From an uncultured Syntrophaceae bacterium (GTDB lineage: Bacteria; Desulfobacterota; BSN033; UBA1163): DNA of 44,107 nucleotides. Shown one piece after another: positions 17,896 through 26,477 of this stretch (positions within the stretch are counted from its first letter, which is position 1; each line of letters starts with the position of its first letter). The translations under genes were made by a program, and so were the position numbers. The DNA is taken from the NCBI GenBank assembly GCA_964353925.1, contig CAYGWV010000112.1, forward strand, positions 1 through 44,107. Direction: 5' to 3'. The notes under the pieces were generated by a model. The model was not told where the DNA came from. It was given only the letters and a program-made list of their open reading frames with translations, and did no database searches.

Positions 17896-18636
17896 ATGGC
17901 AGCAGAAGAGAAAAAGAGAGAGGATTTGATTCCTATTTTCATCATGGGGAAGCGGTATGAGGTCCCTTCCTCCCTTACCATTCAAAAGGCATTGGAGTAT
18001 GCGGGATATCAATTGGTCCGGGGATGCGGATGCCGGGGAGGGATATGCGGGGCTTGCGGGACGGTCTATCGGTTTCCAGGAAGTTATAAGATTGAAGTAG
18101 GGCTGGCTTGCCAGACCATGGTTCAGCCGAATATGTATCTTGCACAATTACCCTTTTTTCCGGCCACCAAAACCGTCTATGACATCGAGAAGGTAAAACC
18201 CACTATCGAGACACTGGTGAAGGCCTATCCGGAATTGTTGAGATGTCTCCAGTGTAATACCTGTACGAAGTCCTGCCCGATGGACATTGAGGTCATGGAT
18301 TACATCGCCGCAGCGATGAGGGGAGACGTTGCACGGTTAGCGGAGCTCTCCTTTGATTGTGTGATGTGCGGCCTCTGTACTTCCCGCTGTCCTGCAGAAA
18401 TCTGTCAATACAATATCGCCATCCTGGGAAGAAGGCTTTATGCTAAATATGTTGCCCAGAAGGCCGAGCATCTGGCTGCCATGGTGAAAATGGTTGAAAC
18501 GGACAGATATGAACCGATGTTAAAGGAATTGATGGATACGGATGAGGATACTTTAAAGAAACTGTATACGGCGAGAGAGACTGAACCGGAGCAGGCTGAC
18601 GAGTATTGGACCCCAAAAGATAAAACGTACCTATAA
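17896..18636 (+). CDS. frdB: Fumarate reductase/succinate dehydrogenase Fe-S subunit-like protein (FrdB/SdhB; matches the N-terminal part of TfrB), without a CCG extension
   Basis: CGCRGGICGACG (2Fe-2S-type cluster), CLQCNTCTKSCP and CVMCGLCTSRCP. Only 246 aa. AAGGAG precedes ATG 17896. Confidence 0.75.
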   Translation: MAAEEKKREDLIPIFIMGKRYEVPSSLTIQKALEYAGYQLVRGCGCRGGICGACGTVYRFPGSYKIEVGLACQTMVQPNMYLAQLPFFPATKTVYDIEKVKPTIETLVKAYPELLRCLQCNTCTKSCPMDIEVMDYIAAAMRGDVARLAELSFDCVMCGLCTSRCPAEICQYNIAILGRRLYAKYVAQKAEHLAAMVKMVETDRYEPMLKELMDTDEDTLKKLYTARETEPEQADEYWTPKDKTYL

Positions 18637-18641
18637 ATAAA

Positions 18642-18709
18642 GCATGGAGCAGAGGGCATAGGGTAGTGATAATCTTTTGGCTCTATGCTCTTTGCTCTAT
18701 GCCCTATGC
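18642..18709. repeat. Family B inverted repeat, copy 2
   Basis: gcatggagcagagggcataggg (18642-18663) against ctctatgctctttgctctatgccctatgc (18681-18709). The right arm accounts for the spurious N-terminal extension of ORF 18677... Confidence 0.8.
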
Positions 18710-18730
18710 CGGATAGAAGTTGGAGGAATC

Positions 18731-20404
18731 ATGCCATACACAAGGGAATTGAAAGAACTGATCAAAAAGGTTGAGGCAACACGACCTGGACGAGTCGAAA
18801 AAAAGAAGAGGGGAGAAGAGTTTCATCTTCTCTCTTTGAAAGAGAGGCAGGAACGACTGGAGAAATACCATCCCGATTTCAAGGCGGGATCAAAGAGGGA
18901 GATCCGGGTCGGCCCCAGTAAAGGCTACGCTATCTCTCCTGAGATCGTGGATCTTCTCGAAGCCAGAAGCAGACTGAACCCTGATTTGATCGATTTAAAC
19001 AAAATTGCGTACGAGACGGATGTCCTCATCATTGGCGGAGGAGGAGCAGGGACAGCGGCTGCACTGATGGTCCAGGAACATGGCGTGCGGGTGACGATTG
19101 CGACTAAGCTCAGGCACGGTGATGCAAATACGATGATGGCCGAAGGGGGAATTCAGGCAGCCTCCAAGGGAGAGAAGGATTCACCCTACTTCCATTACCT
19201 TGATGTGTTGGGCGGAGGCCATTTTAAGAATGTTCCGGAACTGGCCTGCACCCTTGTGACAGAGGCCCCGAAGATACATGCCTGGCTCGAAAACCTCGGG
19301 TGTATGTTTACAAAATTCCCGGATGGCCGTTTGAAAGCGCTTCATGGGGGAGGTACCTGCCGGAAACGGATGCACTATGCGGCGGACATTACGGGTGCAG
19401 AAATCATGCGAACCCTAAGGGATGAAGCAAGGAACCGAGTTCAGGACATCAAGGTCCTTGAATTTTCTCCAGCCGTAGAGTTGATCTTGAATGAGCACGG
19501 CCATTGTGCCGGCGCCGTCCTTTATAACCTCGAGACAGAAGAGTATTTTGTGGTCAAGGCAAAGGCAGTGGTGATGGCGACGGGTGGTTCGGGAAGACTC
19601 CACATTCAAGGATTCATGACCACCAATCATTATGGCGCGACGGGAGACGGTCTTGTGATGGGTTACCGGGCGGGAGTGAAGGTCTGTTTTCTCCACACGG
19701 TTCAGTACCATCCCACAGGGGTTGCCTTTCCGGAGCAGGCGGAAGGTATTCTGATCACAGAGAAGTTCAGGGGAGCAGGCGCCAATGTGCTGAATATCGA
19801 TGGTGAACAGTTCGTCAACGAACGGGAACCGAGGGACATAGAATCCTCATGCTTTATCCGGGAATGCACGCAGGTCGGGAAGGGAATCCCAACTCCCGCC
19901 GGAAAAATGGGGATATGGTTGGATTCCCCGATGATCGACATGCTGATGGGCGAAGGGGCCGTCAAGCGCGAGTTCCCCGGCAAATATATTCTTCTGAAGC
20001 GCTTCGGCATCGACATCTCGAAGGAGCCCATGCTGGTTTACCCAACCCTCCACTACCAGAATGGCGGATTGGAATACAATAACAGGTGCGAAACCTCCAT
20101 CCCGGGGCTTTTTTCCTCAGGCGAGGTTTCGGGAGGAGTCCATGGCGAAAACCGGCTGATGGGAAACTCCCTACTTGATGTCTGCGTCTTTGGAAGAATC
20201 GGAGGAGTGAGTGCGGCACTCTATGTCAAGGAGAAGGCAAAAGACGGGAGGCTAACCTTGGATCATGTCCGGAGATATCACAAGGAGTTGGAGGAGGCAG
20301 GGATCATCACAGACCGCGTGGCGCCGATGTTGCTCCCCGATTATTCCAATCCAAAAGTTCGGGAGCGTCAGCTGACCGCCCATTATGTGGGGACCATCCG
20401 GTAA
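18731..20404 (+). CDS. frdA: Fumarate reductase/succinate dehydrogenase flavoprotein-like subunit (FrdA/TfrA type, probably non-covalent FAD) with an N-terminal extension of about 100 aa
   Basis: DVLIIGGGGAGTAAA, MMAEGGIQAA (no His at the covalent-FAD position), QYHPTG, ITEKFRGAGANVLN, HYQNGGL, GENRLMGNSLLDVCVFGR. GGAGGA precedes ATG 18731. Confidence 0.8.
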   Translation: MPYTRELKELIKKVEATRPGRVEKKKRGEEFHLLSLKERQERLEKYHPDFKAGSKREIRVGPSKGYAISPEIVDLLEARSRLNPDLIDLNKIAYETDVLIIGGGGAGTAAALMVQEHGVRVTIATKLRHGDANTMMAEGGIQAASKGEKDSPYFHYLDVLGGGHFKNVPELACTLVTEAPKIHAWLENLGCMFTKFPDGRLKALHGGGTCRKRMHYAADITGAEIMRTLRDEARNRVQDIKVLEFSPAVELILNEHGHCAGAVLYNLETEEYFVVKAKAVVMATGGSGRLHIQGFMTTNHYGATGDGLVMGYRAGVKVCFLHTVQYHPTGVAFPEQAEGILITEKFRGAGANVLNIDGEQFVNEREPRDIESSCFIRECTQVGKGIPTPAGKMGIWLDSPMIDMLMGEGAVKREFPGKYILLKRFGIDISKEPMLVYPTLHYQNGGLEYNNRCETSIPGLFSSGEVSGGVHGENRLMGNSLLDVCVFGRIGGVSAALYVKEKAKDGRLTLDHVRRYHKELEEAGIITDRVAPMLLPDYSNPKVRERQLTAHYVGTIR

Positions 20405-20450
20405 TCTCCCCTCCTAAGAAAAGAAGGGGAAAAATCCCTTTCACGAAATT

Positions 20451-20493
20451 AAAAAATCCCCCTTTGGTAAAGGGGGATATAGGGGGATTTTTT
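20451..20493 (+). terminator. Rho-independent terminator after frdA (A6-TCCCCC...GGGGGA-T6)
   Basis: aaaaaatccccctttggtaaagggggatatagggggatttttt. Either ATCCCCCTT/AAGGGGGAT or AAAAAATCCCCC/GGGGGATTTTTT can pair. This is the first hairpin in the 6.3-20.5 kb array that carries a T-run. Confidence 0.75.
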
Positions 20494-21231
20494 AAGGTGC
20501 TGCATCGGTATTCCTATATGTTGGAAGGCAGGCATGGCCGATGTACTTTTTCTTTCTCGCCGTTATCTGTTGCGGGATCATGGAGAGTTGAGGAAGAATC
20601 CTTGAAAAAAATTTAGCTTGGTTGAGTTTATTATTTGTCAAGACCAGTCATAAAAGAAATGATTGGCGACTTGGACCTATCCTTGGTTACGTATAGCACC
20701 TACAACTGTTCATATGATTCATGGCCTAAGAGTTTAGGATTACGGATAGAAATGAAGCATACCGCTTATGGAACCCTTCCGATTATCTTGGATAGTGTCT
20801 TGCTCAGGTCCCCAATCCTCTAGGGCTTAGTTAAACCCCCTCAAAACCTTATCGCTCAAATTCCAACAGGATCTGATTGTTAGAGTAATTACTCGAGACA
20901 ATTGCTTATACATCCGGATCAATCTCAAACAATCGTTTGGTCACCTTGCCGCCACCCATCCCACGACGAACCGTCAAATCCGGAATGACCACATCAACCG
21001 GCTCGCCACATCCCCTCGCCATTCTTATTTTATCTTGACAAAGAATTGACGCTTTGCGTATGATGAAGACGCCTCTGATTATGGAAGAGTTAAAATCCAC
21101 GGTATGTGTTGCATGCAGTAGGATATGAGGACGCAGGGGGGATCTGGCATACTTTCCAAAAAGCTTCAATTTGCAGTAATATTATTGAGGGTGTCATTCC
21201 ATAAAAATTTCAATATAAGGAGGTTGCTGAA

Positions 21232-23022
21232 ATGAAAATTTGTTCCAAAGGGATCATCACATTAACAGTCGTGTTCGCTATGGTGCTAGTCTCCCTCGGT
21301 AGTGTTCGTATCGCAGAGGCTGTGGACCTCGTCTTGTATAACGGTAAGATTGTAACCGTAGACAAGAAGTTCTCCATTGCTGAAGCAGTTGCTATCAGTA
21401 ACGGCAAATTTGTTAAGGTAGGAAAAAATGCTGAAATCCGTGCTTTGGCAAGCCCAAAAACCAAACAGATTAATCTCAAGGGGAAAATGGTGACACCCGG
21501 CTTCATCGATTCCCACCCTCATTTGATTCATTTCGGAAAAAGGGCAACAGATGTGGTTGTTAATCTTGAGGGACTCGACTCCATCGTGGCAATCAAGCAA
21601 CGCATCGCTGAGCGGGTGCAAAAAACGCCACCAGGTCAATGGGTGGCCTGTACACCGGTAGGCACACCACCTGATTATTTTCATCTCCCTGAACAATTTA
21701 AGGAGAAGAGATGGCCCACGCGCTGGGATTTAGACGAGGTTGCGCCTAATAACCCTGTCTTTATTGGTGCCCCCGCTACCTATTGTCCACATCCCGGAAT
21801 AATGAATAGTTATGCCCTTAAGGTAATGGGGGTAACAAAGGATACACCGGACGAACCGGGCGGTGTTCGGATACAGAAAGACCCGCAGACAGGTGAACCA
21901 AATGGACTGCTCGATGAGATGCACATATATAACCTTAATCCTTTCAGGATGAAGCTTGTGAGAATGCTCCCACGACCAACGTTCGAGCAAATGGTCGGCG
22001 GTGTAAAGAACATAATGAAGAAATATAATGCCACTGGCGTTACAGCAGTGTACGAAGGGCATTACACGATTGCTGAGGATTGGGCCCTGTACAAAACGCT
22101 ATGGGACAGGAACGAGCTTAATCTCAGGGTCTACTTTACCTTCGAGGAGCCCTTGAGGAAATCGGTAGAAGAGATTGAGAGGTGGATGAAAGAGTCTGGT
22201 CATAATACAGGGAAAGGTTTTGGAGATGACCTGCTGATGATCGGTGGTGCTACCATATCCATTGATAATGCTGTACAGCAAGGTTTGGCACTTTTCAACA
22301 AGCCATATATTGGCCCCTATGGAGAAACGACATCTGGTGTGCAGATAATCCCTACGGATAAGGCGAAAAAAATTGCACAGCTTGCAGCCATGTATAATAT
22401 TCGTCTCAACTTCCAGGTTTGTGGTGACAAAGCTGGTGATATAGCTCTGGAAGCCTTTGAAGAGGCAAACAAGACAATTCCAATAAAGGACAGACGATGG
22501 TTACTCCAGCACATGCAGCACCCCACCGATGGCAATATTGATAAGTGCAAGGAATTAGGTGTTGTTGTCACCACCTTCACAGGTTCTGAGTATACGAAAG
22601 GAGAAGAGATTTTTGTGAAAAGATTGGGTGGTGGACATTATATTGACAAGGTCATGCCGTTGAGGTTATGGATAGACAAAGGGGTCCCCATTGCCCAGAG
22701 CACAGACGGAGCCCATTACGATGCAATGTTTACTCTCTGGAATTCATTAAAAAGGACGGATGGCCGTACTGGCAAGAGCCTTATGAACAAATATAAGCAG
22801 ATTACGCGGGAAGAAGCACTGAAGCTCTATACCATAAACAGTGCGTATGTAATCTTCATGGAGGATAAGATAGGCTCCATTGAACCCGGTAAACTGGCGG
22901 ATCTGGTGATTCTGAACCGGGACATCCTCAAGTGTTCGATCGATGATATCCTCACCACGAAGGCTCTCTGTACCATGGTTGGCGGAAAGGCAGTACACGG
23001 TTCTTTGGATGCATTGCGCTGA
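21232..23022 (+). CDS. Secreted metal-dependent amidohydrolase (Amidohydro_3 / YtcJ-like)
   Basis: Signal peptide MKICSKGIITLTVVFAMVLVSLGSVRIAEA, then PGFIDSHPHLIHFG (HxH metal site), QHMQHP, STDGAHYD and GSIEPGKLADLVILNRDIL. AAGGAGG precedes the ATG. Confidence 0.8.
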   Translation: MKICSKGIITLTVVFAMVLVSLGSVRIAEAVDLVLYNGKIVTVDKKFSIAEAVAISNGKFVKVGKNAEIRALASPKTKQINLKGKMVTPGFIDSHPHLIHFGKRATDVVVNLEGLDSIVAIKQRIAERVQKTPPGQWVACTPVGTPPDYFHLPEQFKEKRWPTRWDLDEVAPNNPVFIGAPATYCPHPGIMNSYALKVMGVTKDTPDEPGGVRIQKDPQTGEPNGLLDEMHIYNLNPFRMKLVRMLPRPTFEQMVGGVKNIMKKYNATGVTAVYEGHYTIAEDWALYKTLWDRNELNLRVYFTFEEPLRKSVEEIERWMKESGHNTGKGFGDDLLMIGGATISIDNAVQQGLALFNKPYIGPYGETTSGVQIIPTDKAKKIAQLAAMYNIRLNFQVCGDKAGDIALEAFEEANKTIPIKDRRWLLQHMQHPTDGNIDKCKELGVVVTTFTGSEYTKGEEIFVKRLGGGHYIDKVMPLRLWIDKGVPIAQSTDGAHYDAMFTLWNSLKRTDGRTGKSLMNKYKQITREEALKLYTINSAYVIFMEDKIGSIEPGKLADLVILNRDILKCSIDDILTTKALCTMVGGKAVHGSLDALR

Positions 23023-23041
23023 TCTCAATTAAAAGGATGAC

Positions 23042-23129
23042 ATAGCCTGATATACAGATCAGGCTATTCTGGTTATCAAGACCATCAAAGGCCGGAGGGG
23101 GAGGGGAGCCCCTTTCCGGCCTTTTCTTT
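23042..23129. terminator. Two hairpins between convergent genes; the second acts as a bidirectional terminator
   Basis: ATAGCCTGAT-n-ATCAGGCTAT (23042-23067) and aaaGGCCGGAgggg...ccccTTTCCGGCCttttcttt (23088-23129), with an A-run on one side and a T-run on the other. Confidence 0.6.
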
Positions 23130-23195
23130 ACATAGCCTCATTTTTTCCGGTATGAGAGTTCTCTGACGCTCTTTGATTCAGTTCAAGAGGCACGG

Positions 23196-24317
23196 TCAAG
23201 GCTTGAGCAGAAAGCTTCCGATGCCCCTCTCCTTCAGTGTCTTATATTGAGGGACATTCTCAACCTCTACCTTTTTGTCAGGATGGAGTTCCGACAGTAT
23301 TTGGATCAGTGCGACGGATGCCGTAATGTGGCGGCCAACCCTTTCCTCGATTGGATATCCACCCTTCCCATATGCGGCATAGAGGAGTCTTTTGTCGTCG
23401 GCTTTTTTAAAGAAATCATCCTTCCCTATGAGGATGAGGTCCTGATCGACCCGGCCATGGAGTTTATCCAGAGCAGGATTGGCTGTCTCCATCAATATTG
23501 GGATGGTATTGGTGTGATCTCCCAGTTCCCTATGTGTCATGCCGCGGAGCTTCTTGGGGGACGGCTCAAGCCGGATTTTAATCCCCTGAGCCCCGAGGTT
23601 CAGGACCGCAATTGCGGCAATCTCGGCTGCCCGTTCATGGGCAATAATACAATTAACGATGGGGTTCATGGGTCTTGCTTCATGCAGGTCGATGGTCATC
23701 GTAGCCCTTTCTTTTCTCACCAATTCAGAGAGGGCATAGGCCAGTTTTTCCGTAAAGCCTCCATCTGGTCGACCGGGGAAGGCACGATCAAGGTTTCGTA
23801 CCTCAAAATCTGCCTGAAGATCGCCACTCGGGTAATGAACATATATTTCGGGGTCCGGCCACTGATGGACGGGATTGGTCAAACGGTCCCCAAATCGGAA
23901 CCGCCGGCTTCCCCAGGGTGTCTTGATCGTTATTCGATTGGGGTAACCCTCCGAAGGGGCATTGTTTGAGAAGCCGCTTTCATTGCAGCGTGGAACTACT
24001 ATGACTCGTCCTGTCTTTACAGTCGCATTCTCGACGAGCAAGACAGCGCTCATTACACCAGACATTTCAATCGCATGGACACCGCCGAAGATCACTACTG
24101 TGCCTCCGGGTTCCTTTCCCTCAAGAAAATAGACATCCGTATCAGCTATGGTGTTTTCTATTTTTGGAAAGTAATCACTCAATTTTGCCACCTTCGTAAC
24201 CCCAGGTCCTCTTACGATGGGCTCCCTTTCGTAAAGAGACAGGAATTGTTTGCCGGTCATAACGGCCATAAAGATCACCAAAACAAGCAGAATAATTGAA
24301 ATGATTTTGGAAGACAT
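23196..24317 (-). CDS. Zinc carboxypeptidase/deacylase of the M14-like AstE-AspA (succinylglutamate desuccinylase/aspartoacylase) type, N-terminally membrane-anchored
   Basis: N-terminal TM helix, GGVHAIEMSG (H-x-x-E zinc motif), NLDRAFPGRPDG and TIDLHEA. GAAGAGG precedes the ATG. It is the last gene of the ggt operon. Confidence 0.65.
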   Translation of the reverse strand: MSSKIISIILLVLVIFMAVMTGKQFLSLYEREPIVRGPGVTKVAKLSDYFPKIENTIADTDVYFLEGKEPGGTVVIFGGVHAIEMSGVMSAVLLVENATVKTGRVIVVPRCNESGFSNNAPSEGYPNRITIKTPWGSRRFRFGDRLTNPVHQWPDPEIYVHYPSGDLQADFEVRNLDRAFPGRPDGGFTEKLAYALSELVRKERATMTIDLHEARPMNPIVNCIIAHERAAEIAAIAVLNLGAQGIKIRLEPSPKKLRGMTHRELGDHTNTIPILMETANPALDKLHGRVDQDLILIGKDDFFKKADDKRLLYAAYGKGGYPIEERVGRHITASVALIQILSELHPDKKVEVENVPQYKTLKERGIGSFLLKP

Positions 24318-24333
24318 AAGGTAAACCTCTTCT

Positions 24334-24486
24334 CTATTTAATCAGAAGCACGCGAAGGATAAAAGGGATAAACAAGAAGGCGCAAAGGATTTTGCTCTTG
24401 AGATCCTTCATAGAAAACAGGTGCAGGATTGCCATGAACACAAAATACGCACAAATAATTCTATAGATGGTGAGTACCATTGGCAT
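24334..24486 (-). CDS. Unlisted 50-aa hydrophobic ORF (MPMVLTIYRIICAYFVFMAILHLFSMKDLKSKILCAFLFIPFILRVLLIK)
   Basis: Below the ORF-track length cut-off. GAGAGG lies 5 nt before the ATG. Its TAG stop sits 16 nt upstream of the next gene's ATG and just before that gene's SD. Two predicted TM segments. Confidence 0.4.
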   Translation of the reverse strand: MPMVLTIYRIICAYFVFMAILHLFSMKDLKSKILCAFLFIPFILRVLLIK

Positions 24487-24501
24487 TACCTCTCTATCAG
24501 G

Positions 24502-25827
24502 TTAGAAACGCAGGAAGCGCATCGGATCCGCAAAGATGACCAACAGAGTTCCTACGACAAGCATGGCCAGAAGAGGAACAATACTGACCTTAAAAACATC
24601 CATATATGCCCCTTTGTATCCCGCCACTATGGCAGCAGGCTTCCCAAGCACAGCCGTGGGAGGGACCAGATTTCCCACAACTGCTATGAGGGTCAAGCCG
24701 ACAGTTGCGATGATAGGGTCCCGTCCCAGGAGGGCCAGCATAAAGGGGACACCAAAAACCGATGCGGCACCGAATGATGTTAGAATACCCGAAAAAAGCG
24801 GCAAAGCCACAAAAATGGCAGCATAAAGCATGACATCTGGCACAGTAATTGCGGTGAGAACAAATAGCCCCCTCACACCAGTGAGCGACAAGATCTGGAC
24901 CAAGGCCCCGATTACCAGGAGAATTGTATTGATGGTAAAGGTATCTTCGAAAGCTTCCCTGGAGACCTGGAGGAAATTTACCTTCCCTGCCACGAGAAGT
25001 GCCACTACTGTGCCGATAACGAACATCAATGGAACGCCTAGGTGGGGAAAGAAATGAGGAAATGCCCTTGAGCTAAGCATGCTACCAATAACGACAATCA
25101 AGGGAAGGTAAACCCGTACACCTCTCATCTTTTCAGGAATAGGGGGGAGCATCTTAAGAATGTGCTCTGCGTTGATGGGGCCGGAGATATGCTTCGCGCA
25201 AAGAAAGAGCGCTGTAAACACAGATACGGGTATTGTCACGATCAGGAGTGGCATCATGAATCCCATGTAGGGCATATTAATCCCAGCAGCAATGATCATA
25301 GCCGGAACGTTGACCGGAGGAGCAAAAACCCCTAAGGTACCACCAAACGCAATGAAGGCCGCTATCTTCACGAGAGGGACACCCATTCTCAGGAGGACAG
25401 AAGAGACCATCGCACCGAAGGCGAAAATACCATCCGCACCGGGACCAGTGAAAGCCGGCGGAAGCATGATAAGAAACATCAAAAGAACCACGAGGAATTT
25501 CGGCCTGCGGTAAAAGTGGACGATTACATCCCGCACCAAGGCGTCCAGGCCTCCTGACAACTTTTGGACGTAGATGAACACCGTTGCAGTATAGATTATT
25601 AGAATGATATTAAGGAACGTGAACGATCCCTCAATGATGTGCCGACTGACATCAACAAGACCGTATCCGGAGACTATCCCCCCCACGATAGCAGCAAGAA
25701 GCATTGCAAGTTGATTGCCTATCTTCAGAAATTTGAAGGAGAGGGCATATGTTGCGGTAATGACCAAAAAGATAATAAATACCTGCCAGGTTTGAGTCAA
25801 CTGAGAAAGCGCTCTCCCTCCTTCCAC
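24502..25827 (-). CDS. Polytopic permease, ion-transporter-superfamily-like (DctM/GntP-like); substrate unknown
   Basis: 441 aa, hydrophobic throughout with 10 or more predicted TM segments. GTG start inside a GGAAGGAGGG tract, so the start is uncertain. Family assignment is from general appearance only. Confidence 0.55.
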   Translation of the reverse strand: MEGGRALSQLTQTWQVFIIFLVITATYALSFKFLKIGNQLAMLLAAIVGGIVSGYGLVDVSRHIIEGSFTFLNIILIIYTATVFIYVQKLSGGLDALVRDVIVHFYRRPKFLVVLLMFLIMLPPAFTGPGADGIFAFGAMVSSVLLRMGVPLVKIAAFIAFGGTLGVFAPPVNVPAMIIAAGINMPYMGFMMPLLIVTIPVSVFTALFLCAKHISGPINAEHILKMLPPIPEKMRGVRVYLPLIVVIGSMLSSRAFPHFFPHLGVPLMFVIGTVVALLVAGKVNFLQVSREAFEDTFTINTILLVIGALVQILSLTGVRGLFVLTAITVPDVMLYAAIFVALPLFSGILTSFGAASVFGVPFMLALLGRDPIIATVGLTLIAVVGNLVPPTAVLGKPAAIVAGYKGAYMDVFKVSIVPLLAMLVVGTLLVIFADPMRFLRF

Positions 25828-25855
25828 TTGAGTTGTAAGACACGATAGAAAATAA

Positions 25856-26443
25856 TTACTTAACCAGAAAGATTTTTTTCATCAAATCTGCTAATTCAGT
25901 CGTATCCTTAACTACAAACAAAGGAATCTTTTTCTCCTTGGATAACTTGGAAAAGTAATCGTCCCTGTTGCCGTCTTCAGTCACAATAAGGTAATCTGAT
26001 CTCGGCGCAACTGCTTCGATGAATCTGACAGAAAGAGGGCCTCTTCGCGCCTCACCTCCGATGTGCATTCCAACAACTCCAGTTTTCTGGCTCTTTGCTT
26101 TATTGACAACATTCTTTACTCGCTCCAATTCGTCCCTCTCGTCGATACCTGCCTCTCCAAGCCCCTTCGCGCTGCCTCCCATAATCACCATCAGGGTTTT
26201 AAAGTCTTTAATGGCATCGGCCCTGACCAGGGGATTATAGGAAACCTTAATCTTATTACGACCGCACAGGACCTTCATCATGAAGGTATCCGGACTCTGG
26301 CCGGAGGAGGTAATCATGGCTGGGAGTTTTGCTTCCGGAATCTTCTGGGCCAGGAGGGGTCCTGCACCCAATCCTATCAGAAACAGCGAGACGAGCAATA
26401 CGGACGCACAACCTCTTGCAATTCCTTTTGGGATCATCACCAC
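25856..26443 (-). CDS. Exported protein of unknown function with a Rossmann/flavodoxin-like alternation
   Basis: Signal peptide (GCASVLLVSLFLIGLGAGPLLAQ). AAGGAGA lies upstream of the GTG/ATG starts. No domain I can name with confidence. Confidence 0.5.
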   Translation of the reverse strand: MVMIPKGIARGCASVLLVSLFLIGLGAGPLLAQKIPEAKLPAMITSSGQSPDTFMMKVLCGRNKIKVSYNPLVRADAIKDFKTLMVIMGGSAKGLGEAGIDERDELERVKNVVNKAKSQKTGVVGMHIGGEARRGPLSVRFIEAVAPRSDYLIVTEDGNRDDYFSKLSKEKKIPLFVVKDTTELADLMKKIFLVK

Positions 26444-26477
26444 TCCATCTCCTTTCAGTGAAGAATAAGATCTTTAT

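Noticed and set aside
16633-20404. Reading the flavoprotein, its FeS partner and the HdrA-like genes as an AprBA/QmoABC (APS reductase) system
   Set aside because: The flavoprotein has the FrdA/SdhA motifs (QYHPTG, RGAGANVLN, HYQNGG) rather than AprA features. The FeS partner has a 2Fe-2S-type N-terminal cluster like FrdB, not the small 2x[4Fe-4S] AprB. No QmoC-like membrane subunit, sat or dsr genes are present.
20906-21169. 87-aa minus-strand ORF divergent from the amidohydrolase gene
   Set aside because: It could be real (…RGCGEPVDVVIPDLTVRRGMGGGKVTKRLFEIDPDV), but I recognise no domain and see no clear SD. The 400 nt downstream of it are non-coding. The evidence is too weak to list it as a feature.
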